This document shows, in pieces, positions 46,169 to 55,993 of a DNA stretch of 64,000 nucleotides. A model generated the notes under the pieces. It was not told the DNA's origin and ran no database searches. It saw nothing but the letters and a program-made list of their open reading frames with translations. Source of the DNA: an uncultured delta proteobacterium (GTDB taxonomy: Bacteria; Myxococcota; UBA727; VGSZ01); contig CAVZJB010000011.1 in assembly GCA_963775425.1 (NCBI GenBank), positions 960,001 through 1,024,000 of the forward strand, read 5' to 3'. The position numbers and the translations under genes are program-made. The stretch's first letter is position 1. Each line of letters begins with the position of its first letter.

Positions 46169-47808
46169 ACCGTCTCCAGTCGTGCGCGCTGCAGCGGTGT
46201 GGCGACGACGTCGCCGAGCTCGGTCAGCGGGCGGCCACGGCCGATGCGCGCCTGCAGCGTGGAGGCGAGCGCGCGGCACTGCGCCCACAGCGACGCCTCG
46301 GTGGCGCGAAGGCCCGTGGAGAGCTCCCTGACGAACGCGTCGTCGCGCGACCTGGACGGCGCGCCGGCCTTCACGTGATCGATGACGGCGCGCAGCCCGC
46401 GCACGGTGTCCGAGGCGAGCGCGGCGCAGAGGGCCTTGCCCTCGGCGAGCCACGCGGGATCGAAGATGTCGTCGTGGAAGCGGCGCGCGACCTCGACGTC
46501 GAAGCGCATGCCCATGATGTGGTTGGCGAGCGCGCCGGCGGCGAAGTTGCGCGCGTGGAACGCGGCGAGGGCCAGGCGGAAGACGCGGTCGATGGTCTCG
46601 TCGCGCAGGTCATAGTCGTGCTGCAACCAGTCGCCGCGCGCGCGCCCCTCCATCTGCATGCGGTGTAGCAGCGGCGTGCCCGCGTAGAGCTCGACGCGCC
46701 CGAAGTTGAACGGCAGCTCCCGCGCCCACTCCATGAACGCCAGGTTGTCTTCGAGGGACTCGAGCGTGGTGTCCGGGTCGAAGATGAGCATGTTGAAGCA
46801 GGTATAGAGGTCGAGGGCGCGCACGACGTCGATGGCGTGGTGGTTCTGCTTGGGCTTCACCCAGCGACGAAGCGTGACGAGGCCCTGCTCGGAGTCGGTC
46901 TCGACGCCGACGTAGCAGCGGATGCAGCCGAGCCGGTCGCGCAAGACGCGGAACAGGTCCTCGTGCACGTCGGTGGGCCGCGCCTTCACCACGGTGGCGA
47001 AGCGTCCCACCCCGCGACGCTCGAGGGCGTCCGCCAGCGCGTGGAAGCGCTCGAGGTTCGCCTGCTTCGAAGGCAGGAAGAAGTTGTCGTCGTGAAAGAC
47101 GAAGATCTCGATGCCGCGCTCGCGCTGCATCTCCACCATCTCGGCTGCGACGTCGTCCGGCTCGCGCACGCGGTAGCGCTTGCCGGGCAGCGTTTGCTCG
47201 TGCCAGGCGGCGATGCAGCAGAAGGTGCAGTTGGCGTAGCAGCCGCGGCTGCCGACGATGGGCGCGATGCCGTGGCCGAAGCAGCGCGCGGGCTCGCCGC
47301 TGCGGTCCGGCCGCGGGAGCGTGGCGAGGTCGGGGAGGCGCGCGTGCTCGCCGAGGCTCACGCGCGTCCCGCCGTCGACGCGGGAGGCGACGCCGGCGAC
47401 GCCGTCGACGGGGCGATCGTGGGCGACGGCGTCGACGAGCGCGACCAGGGTCTCCTCCGCCTCCTGGCGGCACACCGAGTCCAGCTCGGCGAAATTCTCG
47501 AGGAGCTCCTGCGCGGCGAAGGTGGCGAAGTGGCCGCCGGCGGTGATGTGGCCGCGGTAGCCGCCGCTCCTGAGCGCCATGGCGACGGCGAGCATGTCGA
47601 GCGCGCGCCACTGAAACGCCAGCGACAGCCCGACGACGGCCGGCGGCTCCGGCGCTTCGAGGATCGCCGCCAACACGGCGGCGAAGTGCGTCTCGTGATG
47701 AAACGGCAGGATCTCGGTGCGCACCCCCGCCGCCCGCAGCGACGACGCGAGGTAGCGCAGCGAGAGGTTCTCTTCTATCTCGGGACCGACCAGGGCGACC
47801 CACGGCAT
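46165..47808 (-). CDS. B12-binding domain radical SAM enzyme
   Basis: N-terminal cobalamin-binding fold (EENLSLRYL, HITAGGHFAT), SRGCYANCTFC (CxxxCxxC), FHDDNF, GVET and YAGTPL. Confidence 0.93.
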   Translation of the reverse strand: MPWVALVGPEIEENLSLRYLASSLRAAGVRTEILPFHHETHFAAVLAAILEAPEPPAVVGLSLAFQWRALDMLAVAMALRSGGYRGHITAGGHFATFAAQELLENFAELDSVCRQEAEETLVALVDAVAHDRPVDGVAGVASRVDGGTRVSLGEHARLPDLATLPRPDRSGEPARCFGHGIAPIVGSRGCYANCTFCCIAAWHEQTLPGKRYRVREPDDVAAEMVEMQRERGIEIFVFHDDNFFLPSKQANLERFHALADALERRGVGRFATVVKARPTDVHEDLFRVLRDRLGCIRCYVGVETDSEQGLVTLRRWVKPKQNHHAIDVVRALDLYTCFNMLIFDPDTTLESLEDNLAFMEWARELPFNFGRVELYAGTPLLHRMQMEGRARGDWLQHDYDLRDETIDRVFRLALAAFHARNFAAGALANHIMGMRFDVEVARRFHDDIFDPAWLAEGKALCAALASDTVRGLRAVIDHVKAGAPSRSRDDAFVRELSTGLRATEASLWAQCRALASTLQARIGRGRPLTELGDVVATPLQRARLETV

Positions 47809-47962
47809 GGCGGCGATGGTACCAGGGATCCGGCGCCGCGCCCGCGCCGCGCCGCTCGCGTCGGTGTCCGCGCGCCGGCCTTTTCGGCCGCACGGCCGGC
47901 GCGCCTGGGCCGAACGCCGGCCGACCGTTGAACCCCGGGAGACATCGCGCCAACGTCGCCGC

Positions 47963-49350
<1,388 letters not shown>

Positions 49351-49354
<4 letters not shown>

Positions 49355-50130
49355 GCGCTCGACGCGGCATCCTCGACTGGGGCATCGGCGGCGTCGGCGT
49401 GCTGCGCGCGCTGCGGGAGCGCGGCGTCGACGACGACGTCGTGTACCTCTCCGACGCCGGCGTCGTCCCCTACGGCAAGCAGGGGCGCGCCGCGCTGCGC
49501 ACACGCCTCGCGCAGGTGGCGGCGCTGTTCGCGCGCGAAGGCGCCGCCGACGTCGTCGTCGCCTGCAACGCCGCGAGCTGCGCGCTCGACGGCGACGACG
49601 AGATGTTCGAGACCCCGAGCGGGAGCGTCGTCCTTCACGGCATCGTCCCCGCGGCCGTCGCGGCGGCGGCGGCGTCTCCTGCGCGGCGGATCGGCGTCCT
49701 CGGCGGCGGCCGGACCATCGCTTCGGGCGTGTACCAGGAGCGCTTGCCCGCGGCGGGGGCGCGCGCGTTGCGCTTCGCCGTCGCGCAGCCGCTGTCGGCC
49801 TTCGTGGAGGCGGGCCGCCTCGACGGCGACGACGTCGTCGCGGCCGTCCGCGCTGCCCTCGACGCCCTCGGCGACGTCGACGCGGTGCTCCTCGCGTGCA
49901 CGCACTACCCGGCGCTCGCGCCCGTCTTCGCGCGGCTCGGCGCAGCCCCGCTGCTCGATCCCGCGGCGCACGTCGCCGTCCCGCCCCGCGCCGCGCGCGC
50001 GCGAGGCGCCCCCGGCGCGTCGCTTCGCTTCCTGACCACGGGCGATCCCGCCGCGGCGCGGGTGTCGGCGTCGCGCGCGTTCGGCGTCGACGTCGGCGAC
50101 GCACGGCGCGTCGGGCTCGATTTCGCCTGA
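49351..50130 (+). CDS. Glu/Asp racemase family protein (MurI-like, atypical)
   Basis: GTGA overlap. DWGIGG, PYGKQ, VACNAAS and LACTHYP motifs, with both catalytic Cys present. Confidence 0.85.
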
Positions 50131-50175
50131 GCCGCGGTCGTCGTGGAGCGCGGGCCCGTTCGGCGCGCGGCGGGC

Positions 50176-51561
50176 TCAGGGGTAGTCGGAGACGAACGCC
50201 GGGCGGTGCGCGGACGGGTTCTTCGGGTCCGGGGCGACGCCGAGCGCCCGCCAGTCTTCCTCGACGAAGAGGGCATACTCGTCGCCGAGCTTCACGAGCG
50301 CGAAGTCGTCGAGGGCCGCGTGCTCCTCGGGCAGGTGCGCGACGCGAAAGACGCGCTGTCCTTCGCGCGCGTCGACGAACTGTCGTGCGCGAAGCCCGGT
50401 GCGCTCGGCGAGATAGAGCTCGAGCCCGTGGTGCGCGACGAGGAGGTCGGCGGGTGAGACGAAGCGCTCGATGTCGTGTACGTCGTCGTCGAAGCGGGAC
50501 CAGCGGGGGAACGACCGCGCGAGCCCGTCGTCGAGCACCACCGGCGCGGAGAAGAGCACGAGCGCGGCCGCCGCCGCCGCGAAAGCGCACGGGCCGCGCG
50601 TCGCCACGGCGGCCACGAAAGGCACCCAGATGAGCGGCGCCGCGAGCACGATGCGCCAGGTGAAGCCCGCGGGGCCCGCCAGGAGCCACGGGCACAGCGC
50701 CACCGCCGCGAGCACGACGCCCGCGTCGTAGACCGCGCGCGCCCCGGCGTCCCCCGCGCGGGAACGCCCGCCGGCGTAGGCGGCGACGCCGACGAGCGAC
50801 ACGATGAAGGCGGCGACGAGCGCGAAGCTCTCGCCGGCGACGTGGGCATAGAAGGCGAGGAAGCGCGCCGGCGTCGTCGTGAAGCGCGACCACGCAAGGA
50901 AAAACGGCCCGGCGCGGTCGAAGACCAGGAAGAACAGCCCGAGCATCAGCGCGTTTGCGCCGGCGACGGCGGCCGCGCGTCGCACCGTGAGGCGCCGCAG
51001 GAGCCACGCGAGCGCGAACGCACAGACGAACACGACGGCGAGCTTGTGTGTGACGAGCGCGAGCGCCGCGAGCGCCACGGCGAACGCGAGGCGCGCGCGC
51101 CGGCCGCGCGCGCCGACGACGAGCAGCGCGGCGCCGAGCAGCAGCGCGATGCTCGCGGCCGTCTTTTCGTACTCGAACACAAGCTCGCGCAGCGGCGCCG
51201 ACGACGCGAGCGCCGCCGTCGAGGCGCCGGCCACCGCCCACGCGTGACGCGGCCGCGCCTCATGGACGGCGACGAGCCGGGCGCCGAGCGCCCCGCCGAG
51301 CACCACCAGCAGGGCCCACGTCACCGCCACCGAGGCGCGCAGCGCGTCGAGCGCCGGGACGCCGAGCGCGGTCAGGAGCGCCGGCGGCAGGAACACCGGC
51401 GACCAGTCCTTGAAGTAGAAGCCCGCGCCCGACGCGAGCGACTCGATCTGACGGAGATAGAAGTAACCGTCGACGCCCGGCGGGTCCGGGAAGCGGAGGA
51501 TCGCCGTGAACAGGGCCGCGGCGAGCAGGAGCACCGCCGCTGCAGCGAGCGCCGGCGCCAT
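50176..51561 (-). CDS. Multi-pass membrane protein, GT-C glycosyltransferase-like
   Basis: After TM1 comes the loop PPGVDGYFYLRQI, then about 11 TM helices and a soluble C-terminus. An alternative TTG start at 51591 overlaps the upstream stop. Confidence 0.65.
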   Translation of the reverse strand: MAPALAAAAVLLLAAALFTAILRFPDPPGVDGYFYLRQIESLASGAGFYFKDWSPVFLPPALLTALGVPALDALRASVAVTWALLVVLGGALGARLVAVHEARPRHAWAVAGASTAALASSAPLRELVFEYEKTAASIALLLGAALLVVGARGRRARLAFAVALAALALVTHKLAVVFVCAFALAWLLRRLTVRRAAAVAGANALMLGLFFLVFDRAGPFFLAWSRFTTTPARFLAFYAHVAGESFALVAAFIVSLVGVAAYAGGRSRAGDAGARAVYDAGVVLAAVALCPWLLAGPAGFTWRIVLAAPLIWVPFVAAVATRGPCAFAAAAAALVLFSAPVVLDDGLARSFPRWSRFDDDVHDIERFVSPADLLVAHHGLELYLAERTGLRARQFVDAREGQRVFRVAHLPEEHAALDDFALVKLGDEYALFVEEDWRALGVAPDPKNPSAHRPAFVSDYP

Positions 51562-51587
51562 CGGGACGCGGGCGTGCTCGTCCTGCG

Positions 51588-52532
51588 TCAACGGCAGCGG
51601 TTGGTGTCGAAGTCCATCTTGAGCACCTGCCACGTGCCCGCGAGCTTGACCTCGAGGTGACCGTTGTCCACGCGCCACGCGCCGTCGACCTGCGACCTGC
51701 TCCAGGGGTATTCGCCCGGCTCTTCGACGTCGAGCTGGCCGTTCTCCCCGAAGAAGTACTCGTTCCTGCCGCGCGTGCAGGAGCCGGCGTCGAGGATGCG
51801 GGCGGCGGTGGCGTCACCCGGCGTGCGCGTGTCTTCGAGGCGCTTGAGGACGGCGACGTTTTGCGCGTCGGTCTTCGACAGCGCGCGCATGGTGGGCAGC
51901 GGGTGATACCAGGCGCGCGAGCCGTAGTACGCCTTGAGCCACGGCGTGTGGAAGTCGCCCTTGCCGCGCTGGGCGAACACCGAGTTGCGCAGGAGCTTGA
52001 GCTCGATGAGCGGCTTGTCCCTGAGCGCGTCGACGTCGACGGTTTTGTCGAGCGGCAGGCGGTAGTCGGGCAGCGCCTTCATCTCGTCGGGCGTGAGGCG
52101 CGTGATGTGCGCGAGGTCGACCGTGCGCGCCCCCGCGTCGCCACCCATGGCGTGCTCGCGCTTCAGGATGGCGCGCGCGTTGTCGAGGTCGACGCCGGCG
52201 ACGACCTTCTCCGGTTTGTCGAGCGCCTTGTACCAGGAGCGCGACTCGAAGTAGTCGCGCAGCCAGCGCGTCTTGAACGGCACGCCGTACTGCGCGTAGA
52301 TGGAATTGCGCATCAGCTTGAGCTTGACGAGGGGCGCACCGGTGAGCGCGCCTTGCGCGAGCGGCTTGCCGAGCGGCACTTTCACGTCGGGCAGCGCGGC
52401 GAGCTGCGCGCGCGTGAGCGCGTCCGCCGCCGCCGCGGTCGCGGGCCACGACGCGCCCTCGTCGCCGCGCGCGCCCCCGGCGCCGAAGACGAAGACGGCA
52501 GCCACGAGGAGCGCGCGCAGGGAATTCGTCAT
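51588..52532 (-). CDS. Exported protein with two YARHG domains
   Basis: LKLMRNSIYAQYG.PFKTRWLRDYFESRSWY and LKLLRNSVFAQRG...WLKAYYGSRAWY. Confidence 0.85.
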   Translation of the reverse strand: MTNSLRALLVAAVFVFGAGGARGDEGASWPATAAAADALTRAQLAALPDVKVPLGKPLAQGALTGAPLVKLKLMRNSIYAQYGVPFKTRWLRDYFESRSWYKALDKPEKVVAGVDLDNARAILKREHAMGGDAGARTVDLAHITRLTPDEMKALPDYRLPLDKTVDVDALRDKPLIELKLLRNSVFAQRGKGDFHTPWLKAYYGSRAWYHPLPTMRALSKTDAQNVAVLKRLEDTRTPGDATAARILDAGSCTRGRNEYFFGENGQLDVEEPGEYPWSRSQVDGAWRVDNGHLEVKLAGTWQVLKMDFDTNRCR

Positions 52533-52610
52533 GGCCGCGAGCGTAGCCGCGGCACGGGCGCGGGTGAACACCGAACCCGCGCGCACGCCGCGGCGCGTCC
52601 GCGGCCGGGG

Positions 52611-54488
52611 TCAGCGAGCCGCGGGAGCGGCCGCGCGGACGAGCGCGAGGACCTCGGCGACGACCTCGTCGAGCGTCTTGCCGGTGGTGTCGACGATGAC
52701 GGCGTCGTCCGCGGGCTTGAGAGGCGCCACCGGCCGTTCGCTGTCCTGCTTGTCGCGGGCGATGATCTCGGCGAGGACCTGCTTGTACGCGGCCCCTTCG
52801 CCGGCGGCGAGGACGTCGGCGTCGCCCCGCTCGATGAGCTCCTTCGTGCGGCGCCGCGCGCGCTCCTCGGGGCTCGCCGTCACGAACGCCTTCACGGGCG
52901 CGTCCGGGAAGACGACGGTCCCGATGTCGCGGCCCTCGAGCACCGCCCCGGGCGCGCGCCGGCCCAGCGACCGCTGCAGCTCGAGCAGCGCGTCGCGCAC
53001 CGGCGGGTGACGGCTCACGGCCGAGGCCGCCGCGCTGACGTCGGGGGCGCGAATGGCCTCGGAGACGTCTTCGTCGCCGACGAACACGGAATTCACGCCG
53101 TCGTGCCACGCGAAGCGCAGCGACGACGCGAGCTCGCGCGCGATGACGGCGAGCGCGTCTCCGTCATCGACGCTGACGCTCCGGCGCAGGGCGAGGAGGG
53201 CCACCGAGCGATAGATGGCGCCGGTGTCGACGAGGGCGAGCCCGGAGCGCTCGGCGACGAGCTTGGCGACGGTGCTCTTGCCCGCGCCCGCGGGGCCGTC
53301 GAGCGCCACCACGAGCGAGGCGGCGTGTGCGCTCGCCGTGGCCGCGCCCGCGGAGCCGGCGGCGGCGGGGTGACCGGCGAGCATGTCGTCGAGGGCGGCG
53401 AACAGCTTGTCGTTCTCCTCGGGGGTGCCGACGCTGATCCGCACAGAGTGGCGGAGGTCGTAGTTGGCGACGGGGCGCACGATCACGCCGCGCCGGAGCA
53501 GCTCCGTGTTCACGCTCGGCACGTCGGGGAGGGCGCCGCCGACGCGGGCGAGCACGAAGTTCCCTTGCGACGGCGCCACCGAGAAGCCGCGCTTCTCGAG
53601 GCCGGCGGCGAGCCGCGGCAGCTCGTGCGTGTTGTGGGCGCGCGAGCGCTCGACGTGGGCGTTGTCGTCGAGCGCGGCGAGGGCTGCGGCCTGCGACAGC
53701 GCGCTGGTGTTGAACGCGTCGCGCAGCCGATTGAGCACGTCGGCGAGCGCAGGGTCGCAGACGGCGTAGCCGACGCGCAGGGACGCGAGCCCGAAGATCT
53801 TGGAGAACGTGCGCAGCACCGCGGTGCGCGGCCGCTTCTGCACCCAGGTGATCCCGTCGGGGTATTGCGGGTCCGTGACGTACTCGGCGTAGGCCTCGTC
53901 GAGGACCACGACGACGTCGGGCGGGACGCGGGCGAAGAACGCGTCGAGGTCGGCGGCGGAGAAGGCGCGACCGGTGGGGTTGTTGGGGTTGGCGAGGAAG
54001 CAGAGCTTGGCGGTGGGGTCGGCGCGGGCGGCGTCGGCCATCTTCTCGAGGTCGTAGCCGAGGTCGGGCAGGAGCGGAACCGCGAGCTCCTCGCGCCCCA
54101 TGCCGCGGGCGGCGATGCGGTAGCACACGAAGCTCGGCCACGCGTTGAGCAGCTTCTCGCCGACGTCGAGGACGGAGCGGGCGAAGAGGTCGATGAGCTC
54201 GTTGGTGCCGTTGCCGAGCACGATCTGCGCGGTGGTGACGCCGTGCCTCTTATGGCGCCTGGCGAGGCGCTCCTTCAGGTAGAAGCCGCCGGCGTCGGGG
54301 TAGAGGTGGACCTTTTGCAGTGTTCGCTCGATCGCCTTGAGCGCGAGCGGCGACGGGCCGAGGCAGTTCTCGTTGGACGCGAGCTTGGCGATGTCCTTCA
54401 CGCCGTACTCGCGCTCGGTTTCCTCGATGGGCTTGCCCGGCACGTACGGGACGAGCTTGTCGAAGAACGGCGCGACGAGCGGACGCAT
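52611..54488 (-). CDS. hisC-cmk: Fused histidinol-phosphate aminotransferase / cytidylate kinase (HisC-Cmk)
   Basis: KLASNEN, NPNNPTG, DEAY and RTFSKIFGLASLRVGY, then an Ala-rich linker, then DGPAGAGKST, DTGAIYR and EGRDIGTVVFPDA. No stop between the domains. Confidence 0.92.
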   Translation of the reverse strand: MRPLVAPFFDKLVPYVPGKPIEETEREYGVKDIAKLASNENCLGPSPLALKAIERTLQKVHLYPDAGGFYLKERLARRHKRHGVTTAQIVLGNGTNELIDLFARSVLDVGEKLLNAWPSFVCYRIAARGMGREELAVPLLPDLGYDLEKMADAARADPTAKLCFLANPNNPTGRAFSAADLDAFFARVPPDVVVVLDEAYAEYVTDPQYPDGITWVQKRPRTAVLRTFSKIFGLASLRVGYAVCDPALADVLNRLRDAFNTSALSQAAALAALDDNAHVERSRAHNTHELPRLAAGLEKRGFSVAPSQGNFVLARVGGALPDVPSVNTELLRRGVIVRPVANYDLRHSVRISVGTPEENDKLFAALDDMLAGHPAAAGSAGAATASAHAASLVVALDGPAGAGKSTVAKLVAERSGLALVDTGAIYRSVALLALRRSVSVDDGDALAVIARELASSLRFAWHDGVNSVFVGDEDVSEAIRAPDVSAAASAVSRHPPVRDALLELQRSLGRRAPGAVLEGRDIGTVVFPDAPVKAFVTASPEERARRRTKELIERGDADVLAAGEGAAYKQVLAEIIARDKQDSERPVAPLKPADDAVIVDTTGKTLDEVVAEVLALVRAAAPAAR

Positions 54489-54667
54489 GGCCCCCGATAC
54501 AAAGGCCACGCCGTCCGCGCAACGCTCCCGGGGCGTGGCGCGCGGGGCCGCGCCTGCGGCGACGCTCGAAAAGGGGTACGCGCGCATGTCTCGAGCCCGG
54601 GTCGCCGGCCGCGCCGTCGTCGAGCTTGCCCGGTTGACGCTCGCCCGCGGCAGCGGGAGACGGCGCC

Positions 54668-55236
54668 ATGGCGACGCTCGACCTCGACGCGGCCACCGCG
54701 GAGCACCCGGTGCAGATCGGGCGTTACACCGTGGTCGGCCTGATCGGGCGCGGTGGGATGGGCGATGTCTACGAGGCGCTCGACGGCGCGCACGGCGACC
54801 GCGTACGCGGACGCGGCGCCGTCCACGTGGCTGCTCCCGGTCCTTCACCAGCTCGCGGCGCTGTCGGCGTGCGCGAGCTGGGGCGAGCTCGACGACGCCG
54901 AGAGGAGGGTGCTGCGGCCGAACATCGAGGCGAGCCTCACGGCGCTGAAGAAGCTCGCGGCCCACGCCGGTGAACTTCGCGCACCGCGTGCTGCTCATCG
55001 AAGGCGAGCTCGCGCGCATCGACGGGCGCACCGGCGAGGCGGTGTCCCGCTTCGACGAGGCGATCCGGCTGGCGACGGCGGGGGAGTGGACGGGCGAGAT
55101 CGCTGTCGGCCACGAGCTTCGCGCGCGCGTGTCCGAAAACGCGGCCGACGCCGAGCGGCACCGACGCACCGCGCGCGACGTCTACGACCGCTGGGGCGCG
55201 CGGGTGAAGGTCGCGCTCCTCGACTCCGGGGCGTGA
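54668..55236 (+). pseudogene. Remnant of a large Ser/Thr kinase-AAA-TPR protein (first ~45 aa joined to the last ~140 aa)
   Basis: IGRYTVVGLIGRGGMGDVYEALD, then out of frame LKKLAAHA / VNFAHRVLLIEGELARIDG...YDRWGARVKV. Confidence 0.7.
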
Positions 55237-55270
55237 GCCGAAAGGCTGGGAAGACGCGTGCTCGTCGTGC

Positions 55271-55993
55271 TCACGTGCGCAGCGCCTCGACGTCGAGGGC
55301 CGCGGCATCGAGCCGCGTCCACCACGGCTCTTTCTTGAACCACGTGCGCTGCCGCCGCGCATATTGGCGCGTGCGCACCGCCGTCCGCGCCACGGCCTCG
55401 TCGAGCGTGCAGCGCCCGTCGACGAGGGCGAGCGCCTCGGCGACGCCGAGCGTGTCGAGCAGGCGGTGCGCGGGGCCGAGCCGCTCGCGCAGCGCGCGGG
55501 CCTCGCCGGCGAGCCCGGCGTCGAACATCGCGCGCGCTCGCGTGGCGATGCGCGGCTCGAGGAACGGAAGCGGCGCGTCCACGAGGAACCAGCGCGCGTG
55601 CACGCGGGGCGCCCGGCGGAGCATCGCGTCCATGTCGCGCGGCGCGCCGGGCGGGTCGAGGCCGAGCCGCCAGGCGCGCAGGTAGAGGCCCGTGCCGCCG
55701 ACGAGGACGGGGACGCGGCCGCGCGCGGCGATCTCGGCGGCGAGCGTGTCGGCGCGATCCGAAAACGCCGCGGCGGTCATCGTGTCCTCGGGCGGCACCG
55801 CGCCGTACAGGTGATGCGGGACGCGCGCGCGCTCGTCCGCCGACGGCGCCGCCGTGGCGATGGGCATGCCCGCGTAGATCTGCCGGCTGTCCGCGCAGAC
55901 GATCTCGCCGCCGACGCGCTCGGCCAGCGCGAGCGCGAGCGCGCTCTTCCCCGACGCCGTCGGCCCGGCAATCACGAGCGGCGTCGTCGTCAT
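55271..55993 (-). CDS. miaA: tRNA dimethylallyltransferase, short form (240 aa)
   Basis: GPTASGKS, DSRQIY, VPHHL, GGTGLY and TRQYARRQRTWF motifs. Coupled to mutL. Confidence 0.9.
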   Translation of the reverse strand: MTTTPLVIAGPTASGKSALALALAERVGGEIVCADSRQIYAGMPIATAAPSADERARVPHHLYGAVPPEDTMTAAAFSDRADTLAAEIAARGRVPVLVGGTGLYLRAWRLGLDPPGAPRDMDAMLRRAPRVHARWFLVDAPLPFLEPRIATRARAMFDAGLAGEARALRERLGPAHRLLDTLGVAEALALVDGRCTLDEAVARTAVRTRQYARRQRTWFKKEPWWTRLDAAALDVEALRT

